Shown here in pieces: positions 39,945 to 49,153 of a stretch of 64,000 nucleotides of DNA (position 1 is its first letter; every line of letters starts with the position of its first letter). The translations under genes were made by a program, and so were the position numbers. The DNA lies in contig OZ244937.1 in assembly GCA_965222075.1 (NCBI GenBank), positions 896,001 through 960,000 of the forward strand. Direction: 5' to 3'. A model generated the notes under the pieces. It ran no database searches. It was given only the letters and a program-made list of their open reading frames with translations, and was not told the DNA's origin. The DNA is from Candidatus Latescibacterota bacterium. Its GTDB lineage: Bacteria > Latescibacterota > UBA2968 > GCA-2709665.

Positions 39945-39991
39945 CCATTGCCAGAACCACACCCTTAAGCGGCAGGGGTCAAAAAAACCTG

Positions 39992-40020
39992 TTGACACGC
40001 GTGCATTTTAAGGGTAAATT
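39992..40020 (+). promoter_or_regulatory. sigma70-type promoter
   Basis: TTGACA-N17-TAAATT. Confidence 0.6.
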
Positions 40021-40074
40021 TTAAGCGGTGTTTTGTTTTTCAGCATACAATCGGTGGCATAGGAGGCAAGCGTT

Positions 40075-40884
40075 ATGAAACATGTTGTTGTATTTTCTCT
40101 GTGTTTGGGTCTCGCCGCGGCAGGGTCGGTCACTGCGGGTGAGATGACCAGCGGGCTGGAGATTAACGGCGGCCAGAATGCGTTTGCAGGTTTGAAGCTG
40201 GAACGGGTTCAGGATGGGCCGCAGGAAGAGGGCGTGTTAAAGCTTCAGGTGACGATGGACCAGATCAAGGACCTGAAGGGCTACGGATTTGTGCTCCAGT
40301 TCGACCCGGCCAAGTACGAGTTTATAAAGGCCGAAGAGGCTACCGATAACCTTCTGAATATGGGCAGCGGGCAGCCGACCCTGTTTCTCTCCGCCAGCCA
40401 ATCGCCCGGCCAGGTGGCGGTGGGGGCGATGAAGGTGGACGGTCAGGCCGTAACCGGTGAAGGCAGGCTGCTGGAGGTGACGTTTAAGACCGTAGACGTG
40501 CCCCAGCCCACCGATTTTCAGATTGCCGAGGGGGTGCTGATCGATGTGGAGGGGAACATCGATCCGATCCACCACCTTGAGGTTGGCAACCTGAAGCCGC
40601 TGCCGGACAGCTTTGGCCTGAATCAGAATATGCCCAATCCGTTCAACCCTTCCACGACCATCGGATATCAGTTGCCAGAGTCGGGGCAGGTCCATCTGGG
40701 GGTTTACAACCTGCTGGGGCAGGAGGTTCGGACCATGGTCAGTGGAACCCTGGAGGCGGGATATTACACGCTGGATTGGGACGGGAGGGACAATTTCGGG
40801 CGTCAGTTGGCCAGTGGGATCTACCTGTACCGGATGCGGGTCAACGATTTTAGTCAGACGCGCCGGATGATGCTTTTAAAGTAA
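40075..40884 (+). CDS. Secreted cohesin-like protein with FlgD-Ig/secretion-tail domain
   Basis: Signal peptide; GYGFVLQFDP cohesin-like; LNQNMPNPFNPSTTI..YNLLGQEVR..WDGRD..ASGIYLY..RMMLLK. Confidence 0.8.
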   Translation: MKHVVVFSLCLGLAAAGSVTAGEMTSGLEINGGQNAFAGLKLERVQDGPQEEGVLKLQVTMDQIKDLKGYGFVLQFDPAKYEFIKAEEATDNLLNMGSGQPTLFLSASQSPGQVAVGAMKVDGQAVTGEGRLLEVTFKTVDVPQPTDFQIAEGVLIDVEGNIDPIHHLEVGNLKPLPDSFGLNQNMPNPFNPSTTIGYQLPESGQVHLGVYNLLGQEVRTMVSGTLEAGYYTLDWDGRDNFGRQLASGIYLYRMRVNDFSQTRRMMLLK

Positions 40885-40904
40885 TGGCTGGAGGGTTATA
40901 TTCG

Positions 40905-40936
40905 GGGCCGTCTCTGAGGAGGCGGCCCTTTTTTTT
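40905..40936 (+). terminator. Rho-independent terminator
   Basis: GGGCCGTCTC-TGAG-GAGGCGGCCC followed by T8. Confidence 0.85.
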
Positions 40937-40993
40937 CAATTTGATCCTTTTTTCGCTCGCGCTCGGGAACTCACCGGGAATTTTATTTTAAGA

Positions 40994-41393
40994 CAGTTGT
41001 CATGCTCCCTTTGGAGCACCCATAATGATGAAAATGAGTGCGTTGACAGACTTGTGTGGTAACCGTACACGCCCGCGCACACATTTCGCCTCTGCGATCC
41101 CCCCACCGCCCCTAACTTGCCGACTCCCCCGGGTTGGTGCGGGGTGAAGGGGCTTTTCCGCGCAGATCCCCCCACACCATCGCCCAAAAACGCCCCAAAG
41201 GTCCGCAGGGCAGAAACGCCTGCTTCCACCACAGGGGCAGTTCGCGGAAAAAAGCGGCGCCCTTCTTTTTCGGCCTTTTTCTTGGGCGATCAAGAAAAAG
41301 GCCAAGAGTAAAATAAAGCCTATTTTCTAAGCAGTTGTCATGCGCCCTTCGGGGCACCCATTAGGATGAAAATAAAGCCTATTTTCTAAGCAG
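40994..41393. repeat. Composite MITE/REP-like intergenic element
   Basis: Two copies of CAGTTGTCATGCnCCCTTyGGrGCACCCAT...GATGAAAAT (40994, 41332); exact 25-bp DR at 41310 and 41369; hairpin GGCCTTTTTCTTG..CAAGAAAAAGGCC. Confidence 0.55.
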
Positions 41394-41428
41394 CAGCTTC
41401 TTACTGTCACAGGTGATTTGAGACCACC

Positions 41429-43043
41429 ATGAAAATGATGTGCGGTTGGAAAGGCCTCTGCCTGCTCTGGGCCGTGTGTAGCCTGTACAGCGGCGCGCAG
41501 GCGCAGGGTGGACAGGCAGGCCTGCCTGGGGCACCGGGTACGGGTTGAACTGTTCGTGATGCCGCACTGTCCCTACGGCGTGCGGGCAGAGACGGCCCTG
41601 GCGCCGGTGCTGAAGGATTTTGGAGACCAGATCGATTTCCAGCTCTATTTTATCGCGAAAGAGGCCGGAAAAGAAGACGCACAGGCGCCGGTTGCCCGGG
41701 TATCGACGCCGCGGAACCAGCCTGCCTGTGAAGCGAGCACTGTTGGCGGAACGGGGCGCTTTCGCAGTTTGCACGGAGATGCGGAGGTGGAAGAGGGCAT
41801 CCGTCAGACAGCGATGATGGCCCTCTATCCTGACCGGTATTACGAGTATATTCTTTGCAGGAACAAGGCGGTGCATGCCGATAACTGGGAGACGTGTGCG
41901 ACGGCGGCCGGAATGCACCCGGCACGGGTTGTAGCGACGGCCTCGGGGCCGGAGGGCGAAGCGCTTTACCTTCAAAACATCCGGAGGGGCAACCTGCTGG
42001 GGATCAATTCCTCGCCCACGTTGCGGGTCAACGGGGCGGAGGTCAAGGATTTTCTTACTCCCCATGCTCTGGCGCGCCGCATCTGCCGGGGAAAGCGCGG
42101 CCCGGGTGCGTGTGAAGCAGTACCCGTCTGTGGAAGTGACCCGGATTGTTCGAGGCCGGGCAAGGTGGGCGTGTGCGTCAAACCGAATCGGCCGGATGCC
42201 CGGTGCAGGTTCAGCGATCCGGTTGTTTTTCAGATCACGGGGCTGAACGACCCCGAATGTAAGGTCTGTGAGACCGGGCCCTTCATCCGGTCTACGCTGG
42301 CGCTTTTTCCCGGCGCCCGGATTCGTACGCTGACCATCGGTTCGGCGGAGGGGCAGGCGCTGGTTGAGCGCTACGGCATCGATCGGGTGCCGGCCTTTGT
42401 TCTGGACGAGGGCTTTGACCGGACCGCCCGGTTTGCGCGGTTTGCGCGCCTGGTGCGCCGGGTTTCGGGGAAGTATCTGGTCGATCCGAGAATGATTCCG
42501 GTGACGCGGTTCCTGGACCGGGCGGCGCAGCCCGGGCGGCTGGACCTCTTTTTGGGGACAGCATCGTCCTTTGCAATGGGAACAGCAGGGGAATTGATCG
42601 TTTGGCTGAGGAAGGAGAATGCCCTGGATCGGCTGTACGTGCACTACCTGGGGGGGGGTGAGGATACCTGGCACCTCTGCGTTCAAAAGGCCCTGCCGGA
42701 GGGCCACCTGAATTATCTTGTATGCCGGGTGCGCGGGGTGGTGGAGGGGCAGCGGGCCCCCTCTCGGGAGGCCTGTATCAAAACGCTCGGATTGGATCCC
42801 GAACGGATCGGGCGGTGTGCAACAGGGGCCGAGGGGGCGCGCCTGCTTGAGAAATCGCTGGGCCTGGCTGCCGATCTGGGCCTCCAGAGGAGAGTGAATC
42901 CCACAGTAATGATGGATAACCGGATTGTGGTAACGGGCGGTATGGTCCGGCGGGTACGCGATCTTTTCCACCGGATACATCCGGGGCAAAGAGAAGGTGA
43001 ACACGATGCAGAGATGGGGGAGGGACAAGCTCAGAGGAGGTGA
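41429..43043 (+). CDS. Exported Cys-rich thioredoxin/DsbA/GILT-like protein, frameshifted after the signal peptide
   Basis: ATG 41429 encodes a signal peptide (..AQA) out of frame with ORF 41508-43043; VELFVMPHCPYG, SLHG..E, GINSSPT, CKVC. Confidence 0.6.
41513..41528. repeat. Perfect 16-bp palindrome CAGGCAGGCCTGCCTG at the frameshift site
   Basis: Self-complementary; removing it restores the reading frame. Confidence 0.65.
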
Positions 43044-43049
43044 TCGCTT

Positions 43050-43793
43050 GTGTACCGCTGGCAGAGCTGGGCTGTGGGGCTGGGGGTGTTGGTTATTGTG
43101 GGAGCGGGGTGTGATGGCGGCACGTCTGAAAGAGAGGGACTCGGTCCGGACGACGAGACACGGTACCGCCTTATGCGCAAAAAGATGGTAAAGTCGCAGA
43201 TTGAGGGACGGGGCATTGTAGATCAGCGGGTGCTGGCCGCCCTTCGGAAGGTGCCCCGGCACCGATTTGTCCCATCCCACTTACAGGAACGCGCGTACGA
43301 TGACAATGCGCTGCCCATTGGTGAAGGGCAGACGATTTCCCAGCCCTATATTGTAGGTATTATGACCGAACTCCTGGGATTGGAGGGAGATGAGCGGGTG
43401 CTGGAGATCGGAACGGGGTCGGGCTATCAGGCCGCTGTGCTGGCGGAGCTTGTCAAACACGTCTATACGATTGAGATCCTGGAGCCGCTGGCAGCGCAGG
43501 CAGAGCGCCGGCTGAAAGAGATGGGGTATACCAATGTGACGGTGCGTTGTGCAGACGGATATCAAGGGTGGCCGCAGATGGCCCCCTTTGATGCGATCAT
43601 TGTAACGGCGGCACCTGAGGAAGTGCCCCAGCCCCTGGTCGATCAGCTGCGCGTGGGCGGCCGGATGGCGATTCCGGTGGGCCGTTTCGATCAGGAGCTC
43701 ATGCTGCTGGTCAAGGAGGCCGACGAGGTTCGAGAGGAGCGGGTGATTCCGGTCCGATTTGTGCCGATGACCGGAGAGGCCGGTCGGCGGTAG
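43050..43793 (+). CDS. pcm: Protein-L-isoaspartate O-methyltransferase
   Basis: VPRHRFVP, GQTISQPY, VLEIGTGSGYQAA, APFDAIIVTAA, VRFVPM. Confidence 0.95.
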   Translation: MYRWQSWAVGLGVLVIVGAGCDGGTSEREGLGPDDETRYRLMRKKMVKSQIEGRGIVDQRVLAALRKVPRHRFVPSHLQERAYDDNALPIGEGQTISQPYIVGIMTELLGLEGDERVLEIGTGSGYQAAVLAELVKHVYTIEILEPLAAQAERRLKEMGYTNVTVRCADGYQGWPQMAPFDAIIVTAAPEEVPQPLVDQLRVGGRMAIPVGRFDQELMLLVKEADEVREERVIPVRFVPMTGEAGRR

Positions 43794-43811
43794 AGAAGAG
43801 GAGGTGTTGTG

Positions 43812-43985
43812 ATGACGTTTTGGGGGGTTCTGATTTCTCTGATTTTTTTGGTGTGCTACCTGGGACAGTCGATTTCATCGGGGTTGGAAGGACGAAAGGC
43901 CAGGATCCTTCAGTGGTTCTGCTGGATATTGGCCACCGTGGCCATGCTGCTTTGCTATCTGTTGACCGAAACGTCGGCGGGATGA
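43812..43985 (+). CDS. Small 57-aa two-TM membrane protein (absent from the ORF track)
   Basis: GAGGAGGTG RBS; MTFWGVLISLIFLVCYLG...ILQWFCWILATVAMLLCYLL; ATGA overlap with the next gene. Confidence 0.55.
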   Translation: MTFWGVLISLIFLVCYLGQSISSGLEGRKARILQWFCWILATVAMLLCYLLTETSAG

Positions 43986-44464
43986 CGGTCTTAGAGGTCA
44001 AACGGCACCTGAACAAGCCGGATGCGTCTTATGGCTGCGACCTGCTGGTTCGGGGGCCGGGGTATGTGGTGCTCAAGTATGTGAGCGACCGGCCAGGACG
44101 GGTGGGAGATGTCCCCATAGAGATTGGATGCACGACGTTTGCCTATTACCGGGATGGCGCCGGATATGTGCTTTGGAAGATGTGCGGGGCAGACGGTCGG
44201 CTGAAAGGACACCTGTTTCACATCTGCCGGGATCTGAAGGTGGGGGATGGTCGGGTGGAGTACCTCGACTTGCTGCTGGACCTCTGGTACGATGCCACCG
44301 GCCGGTTGACGGTGCTGGATCGAGACGAACTGGAGGCCTGCCGTATATCGGGCGTTGTTGGAGAGGCGGATCTGGAGTGGATCGGCCAACAGGAACAGAG
44401 GATTGTGCGCCATGTCGGACAGATGCTCGGCGAACTGGACGCCCGGTTAGGAACCGGAGGCTGA
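43982..44464 (+). CDS. DUF402 domain protein
   Basis: YLDLLLDLW...VLDRDEL motif. Confidence 0.7.
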   Translation: MTVLEVKRHLNKPDASYGCDLLVRGPGYVVLKYVSDRPGRVGDVPIEIGCTTFAYYRDGAGYVLWKMCGADGRLKGHLFHICRDLKVGDGRVEYLDLLLDLWYDATGRLTVLDRDELEACRISGVVGEADLEWIGQQEQRIVRHVGQMLGELDARLGTGG

Positions 44465-45328
44465 TTGCCGCCAGTCGTTGGAGAGGAGGAACTCGCGAAA
44501 GGCGGCCTGGATGGCCGGGTGTTTGAGCGAGAAGGCAACGGTGGTTTTGAGGTAGGAGAGGAGGTCGCCCACGGTGTGCCACTCGCCCTGGATCGCACAA
44601 GCGTAGATCGCCCGGGACTTGACCATCATCTGGATGGCGTCGGTCAGCTGATATTCTCCATCGGGGGACGGGGGGATGCGTTCCAGGAACTCGAAGATTT
44701 CCGGTTCAAAGATGTAACGGCCCAGGATCGCCAGATTGGACGGTGCAGCCTCCGGGTGCGGTTTTTCAACCAGCCCTTCCACCAGGTAGATGTCGTTGAC
44801 CTGTTTTGCCTGAATCACGCCGTAGTGGCCGATGCGCTCTGTGGGGATCTCTTTGACGGCCAGGATGGAGGCGCTGTATTTTTCGTACTGGTCGATCAGC
44901 TGGCCGATACAGGGGCGCTTTGAGAAGACCAGGTCGTCTCCATAAAGGACGGCAAAGGGCTCCTCTCCAATGTGTTTGCGGGCCTTGAGAATGGCATGGC
45001 CGGTGCCCAGCATTTCTTTTTGGCGGACATAGTGTATGTCGGCCAGCTTCTCAATGCGTTCCAAGGTTTCGAGCATGGGCAGGTCTTCCCGCTCTTTCAG
45101 GGCATGGTGGATTTCCACATTGCGGTCAAAATGGTCTTCGATTGCCCGTTTGCCGCGTCCTGTGATGATCAGGATATCCTCGATGCCCGCATCCACGAGT
45201 TCTTCGATGATGTACTGAATGGCGGGTTTATCGACGATGGGCATCATCTCTTTTGGCAGGGCCTTGGTCGCCGGGAGCATCCGGCTGCCGTGACCTGCGG
45301 CGGGAATGACAGCTTTGCGTATTTTCAA
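44447..45328 (-). CDS. galU: UTP--glucose-1-phosphate uridylyltransferase
   Basis: KAVIPAAGHGSRMLPATKALPKEM, GKRAIEDHFD, VEKP, QLTDAI. Confidence 0.95.
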   Translation of the reverse strand: MKIRKAVIPAAGHGSRMLPATKALPKEMMPIVDKPAIQYIIEELVDAGIEDILIITGRGKRAIEDHFDRNVEIHHALKEREDLPMLETLERIEKLADIHYVRQKEMLGTGHAILKARKHIGEEPFAVLYGDDLVFSKRPCIGQLIDQYEKYSASILAVKEIPTERIGHYGVIQAKQVNDIYLVEGLVEKPHPEAAPSNLAILGRYIFEPEIFEFLERIPPSPDGEYQLTDAIQMMVKSRAIYACAIQGEWHTVGDLLSYLKTTVAFSLKHPAIQAAFREFLLSNDWRQSASGS

Positions 45329-45467
45329 AAAAGGCCTCCAGGTTATAGAGTGGAGCGTGAAAGAATGGTGAATGCTTCACGCTATGTACTAAATTAGCCG
45401 CCTTTGAAAAGCGTTGTCAAGTGGATTTCCGACGTGGGGAGGCATAGGTTGTTGGAATTTAAACTAC

Positions 45468-45496
45468 TTGACTTTGCTTCTCTAATGATTTATTTT
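45468..45496 (+). promoter_or_regulatory. sigma70-type promoter for purN (divergent galU -35 TTGACA at 45415-45420, minus strand)
   Basis: TTGACT-N17-TATTTT. Confidence 0.5.
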
Positions 45497-45646
45497 TATC
45501 TCGCCGGTGTATGTAAAGCCGCTTTGGTGGGCTGTTGTTCACATCGGGTTTTCTCTCCCCAGAATTTCCTTTCCCTGTTTTAGCCCTCGATTTTTCAGGC
45601 CCTTGCGGCATCGGACCCTCAGGGCCCCTTCAAGGGGTTTCCCTCT

Positions 45647-46297
45647 ATGCCTGCCTCAGAAAAGACGGGGGTCTTTCGCCTGGGGGCGCTGGCCTCCGGA
45701 GGCGGTACGAATCTCCAGGCCATCATGGACCGATGTGCATCTGGTGACCTTCCGGCGCGCATGGCCGTTGTGATTAGCAATAACAGCGGCTCGGGGGCAC
45801 TGGAACGGGCCCGGCGCGCAGGCGTGCCGGCCTGTCATTTAAGCGGCCGGACCCACCCCGATCCCCAGGCGTTGGACCGGGCGATTGCGGATGTGTTTCA
45901 ATCTTACGGGGTAGACCTGGTGGTGCTTGGGGGCTATATGAAAAAGCTCGGTTCCGTTACCCTCCAGGCCTATCCCAACCGGATTCTCAACATCCATCCC
46001 GCCCTGCTGCCGGCATTTGGAGGCAAAGGGATGTACGGGCTGAGGGTGCACCATGCGGTTATCGAAAGCGGGGCCTGGATTTCGGGGGTTACGGCGCACC
46101 TGGCGGATGAGGACTACGACCACGGGCCGATTGTGGCCCAGGAGGCCGTGCGGGTAGATCCGGACGATACGCCGGAATCTCTGGCTGCGCGGGTGCTGGA
46201 GGTGGAACATCGGCTCTATTCGGAGGTTATCCGGCTGTTCGCAGAAGGGAGGGTGGCCGTGCAGGGGCGGCGGGTCCGGATTTTGGAGCGTACCTGA
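45647..46297 (+). CDS. purN: Phosphoribosylglycinamide formyltransferase
   Basis: SGGGTNLQA, NIHPALLP, GVTAH..DYDHGPI. Confidence 0.95.
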   Translation: MPASEKTGVFRLGALASGGGTNLQAIMDRCASGDLPARMAVVISNNSGSGALERARRAGVPACHLSGRTHPDPQALDRAIADVFQSYGVDLVVLGGYMKKLGSVTLQAYPNRILNIHPALLPAFGGKGMYGLRVHHAVIESGAWISGVTAHLADEDYDHGPIVAQEAVRVDPDDTPESLAARVLEVEHRLYSEVIRLFAEGRVAVQGRRVRILERT

Positions 46298-46309
46298 TAT
46301 TCTGAAAGG

Positions 46310-47194
46310 GTGGGTATGGAAGAGGCCCTGCTGGAGACGCGGTTAGAGGGTGTGCCCCTGTTTGCCCGCGGAAAAGTGCGGGATGTCTACGATTTGGACG
46401 ACCGGCTGTTGATCGTGGCGACGGATCGGATTTCGGCGCACGACGTGGTGGTGCCGAACGGGATTCCGGGCAAGGGGAAGATCTTGACGGAGATGTCGCT
46501 GTTCTGGTTCGACAGGCTGGCGGGTCTGGTGCGCGACCATCTGATTACTGACAATGTGGACGAATACCCGGAGGAGGTGCAGCCCTACAAAGACCAGCTG
46601 GAGGGGCGGTCGATGCTGGTGGTAAAGGCGGAGCGGATCGATGTGGAGTGCGTTGCCCGTGGCTATCTGGCCGGGTCGGGCTGGCGCGAATACCAGCAGA
46701 GCGGGATGGTCTGCGGTATTCCCCTGCCGGCGGGCCTGCAGGAGTCCAGCCGGCTGTCCGAACCGATTTTCACGCCCGCCACGAAGGCCGAAACAGGACA
46801 CGATGAAAATATCTCGTTCGATCAGATGTGCGAGATTGTGGACCCCGAACTGGCCGGAAGGCTGAGGGATTTGACGCTGAAGGTTTACGCTGCGGCGCGC
46901 GACTACGCAGAGGGACGGGGGATTATTATTGCGGATACGAAATTCGAGTTTGGGCTGCACGATGGCGGGATTGTCCTGATTGACGAGATTCTTTCTCCGG
47001 ATTCTTCCAGGTTTTGGGACCAGGAGGTTTATGGGCCCGGACGTTCTCAGGACAGTTTTGACAAGCAGTTTGTGAGGGACTATCTGGATACGCTGGACTG
47101 GGACAAGACCCCTCCGGCGCCGGCGTTGCCGGAAGAGATTGTGCGCAAGACCCTGGAGAAGTACCGGGAAGCGCGGGACCGATTGCTGGGGTAG
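46310..47194 (+). CDS. purC: SAICAR synthase
   Basis: GKVRDVY, TDRISAHD, IIADTKFEFG, DEILSPDSSRFW, SFDKQFVR. Confidence 0.96.
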   Translation: MGMEEALLETRLEGVPLFARGKVRDVYDLDDRLLIVATDRISAHDVVVPNGIPGKGKILTEMSLFWFDRLAGLVRDHLITDNVDEYPEEVQPYKDQLEGRSMLVVKAERIDVECVARGYLAGSGWREYQQSGMVCGIPLPAGLQESSRLSEPIFTPATKAETGHDENISFDQMCEIVDPELAGRLRDLTLKVYAAARDYAEGRGIIIADTKFEFGLHDGGIVLIDEILSPDSSRFWDQEVYGPGRSQDSFDKQFVRDYLDTLDWDKTPPAPALPEEIVRKTLEKYREARDRLLG

Positions 47195-47301
47195 GGGCGT
47201 GGGTTGTCGTAGTCTCCGGATAAGGGGTATTTTTGACCTGGTGGTTTTAAGGCAGCTTCTTAAAAACTGTTCACAGTATTGTTGTAGGGGATGCGAATAT
47301 T

Positions 47302-48321
47302 ATGCGATTTTCCCTTTCAAATCTGCTGTCAAACGATATCGGAATTGATCTGGGCACGGCCAATACCCTGGTCTACGTCAAGGGCCAGCGTATTGTGGTG
47401 AATGAACCCTCGATTGTGGCTCTGGATCGCAAGACAAACAAACCGCTGGCCATTGGCTCAGAGGCCAAGAAGATGATGGGGCGCGAGAATCCCGACATCC
47501 AGGTCGTCCGCCCACTGCGGGATGGGGTGATCGCCGATTTTGACGTGACGGAGGAGATGCTCCGGTTCTTTATCAAGAAGGTGCAAAAGAACAAGCTGCT
47601 GGTGCGTCCCCGTATTGTTATTTGCGTGCCTTCGGGGGTTACGCCGGTGGAGATGCGGGCCGTGCGGGAGTCGGCCGAACGCGCCGGCGCGAGAGAGGTT
47701 TTCCTGATCAAAGAGCCGATGGCAGCGGCGATTGGCATCGGGCTGCCCGTGGAGGAGCCTGTGGGGTCGATGGTGATCGACATCGGAGGGGGGACCACGG
47801 AGATTGCCGTGATTGCCTTAGCCGGAATTGTGACCTCCAAGTCGATCAAAGTGGCGGGGGACGAACTGGACGAAGCCATCGTTCAGTTCCTCAAGCGCAA
47901 TCACAATCTGATGGTGGGGGAACGAAGTGCGGAGGAGATCAAGTGTGCGATCGGGTCGGCGGGATACCTCGAAAGCGAGGACCAGCATCTCTGCAAGGGG
48001 GTGGATCTGGTTTCTGCCACTCCCAAGACCATTATTGTCGATTCTTCCGAAATCCGGGAGGCCCTGAAGGAAGCCATCGATGTCATTATCGATTCGGTGC
48101 GGCAGACCCTGGAGAAGACGCCCCCGGAATTGGCGGCGGATATTCTGGACCGGGGGATTATTATGACCGGTGGAGGCTCCCTGCTGCGGGGGCTGGACCG
48201 GCAGCTGGTTGAGGAGACGAGCCTCCCGGTGATTGTGGCCGACGATCCCTTAACGTGCGTGGTGCGCGGGACCGGCAAGGTACTGGAGAATATCGGCGCG
48301 TTTCAAAAGATGCTGATGTAG
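47302..48321 (+). CDS. mreB: Rod shape-determining protein MreB
   Basis: GIDLGTANT, EPMAAAIG, DIGGGTTE, TGGGSLL. Confidence 0.97.
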   Translation: MRFSLSNLLSNDIGIDLGTANTLVYVKGQRIVVNEPSIVALDRKTNKPLAIGSEAKKMMGRENPDIQVVRPLRDGVIADFDVTEEMLRFFIKKVQKNKLLVRPRIVICVPSGVTPVEMRAVRESAERAGAREVFLIKEPMAAAIGIGLPVEEPVGSMVIDIGGGTTEIAVIALAGIVTSKSIKVAGDELDEAIVQFLKRNHNLMVGERSAEEIKCAIGSAGYLESEDQHLCKGVDLVSATPKTIIVDSSEIREALKEAIDVIIDSVRQTLEKTPPELAADILDRGIIMTGGGSLLRGLDRQLVEETSLPVIVADDPLTCVVRGTGKVLENIGAFQKMLM

Positions 48322-48329
48322 GTCTGCTT

Positions 48330-49151
48330 ATGCACCGGCTTTACCAGGTTCTAAAGGACAACCGGGCCTATGTGGTGCTGGGGGTGGCGGTGCTGCTGTC
48401 GCTGATTCTGATGGCTCTGGGGCCGTCGGAGAAAATCGGACTGGCGCGTGGGGTGGCCACCGGCCTTTTAAAGGCGGGGCACTGGTTGTTTGCGTGGCCG
48501 ATGGATATTGCCGGGTTGCGGTATGAAAACCGGGTACTGAGGGAGCAAAACCTGCGCCTTTCCCTGGAGTTGATGAAACTCCGGGAGGCGCGTTTGGAGA
48601 ACAGGCGTTTGCGCAGCCTCCTCCAGTTTCGGGCCGAAGCGGAGGGGGTCGGCTCTTACCTGGCCGCGAAAGTGATCGCCCGGGATCCCGATCGCATTCC
48701 CAACACCATTCTGATTGATGTGGGGCGCAGCGATGGGGTTGAGAAACGGATGCCGGTGGTGACGGCGGACGGGCTGGTCGGGCGGGTGCTGGAGGCCCAG
48801 CGATGGACCTCTGTGGTGGTGCTGCTGCTGGATCAGAACTGCCGGGTAAGTGCGGTTGTACAACGGGAGGGCCGCATACAGGGTATTGTGCATTGTGAAA
48901 ACGGGACGCTTTATTTGAAGAATGTCAAGATGCGGACCGAGATTGACGTGGGCGATGTGGTGGTCTCTTCCGGGCTGGGAGGGATCTTCCCCAAAGGTCT
49001 GCTGGCTGGGCGGGTGGCCAGCGTGGGCCAGGAGGATCGCGGCCTCTTCCAGGAGGTCGTTCTGACGCCTGGCGTCAATTTTCTCAGCTTAGAGGAGGTC
49101 TTTGTGTTGAAGCGAACCCCGGCGCGTGGTCGCAGCACCGAGGTTCCTTGA
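48330..49151 (+). CDS. mreC: Rod shape-determining protein MreC
   Basis: TM plus coiled coil ENRRLRSLL, GLVGRV, SSGLGGIFPKG. Confidence 0.92.
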   Translation: MHRLYQVLKDNRAYVVLGVAVLLSLILMALGPSEKIGLARGVATGLLKAGHWLFAWPMDIAGLRYENRVLREQNLRLSLELMKLREARLENRRLRSLLQFRAEAEGVGSYLAAKVIARDPDRIPNTILIDVGRSDGVEKRMPVVTADGLVGRVLEAQRWTSVVVLLLDQNCRVSAVVQREGRIQGIVHCENGTLYLKNVKMRTEIDVGDVVVSSGLGGIFPKGLLAGRVASVGQEDRGLFQEVVLTPGVNFLSLEEVFVLKRTPARGRSTEVP

Positions 49152-49153
49152 TA

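Noticed and set aside
41310-41393. 25/34/25 repeat-spacer-repeat as a mini CRISPR
   Set aside because: The 'spacer' is itself repeated at about 40997 and carries the hairpin, which fits a REP/MITE better.
45500-45646. ZTP or purine riboswitch upstream of purN
   Set aside because: Consensus motifs not seen.
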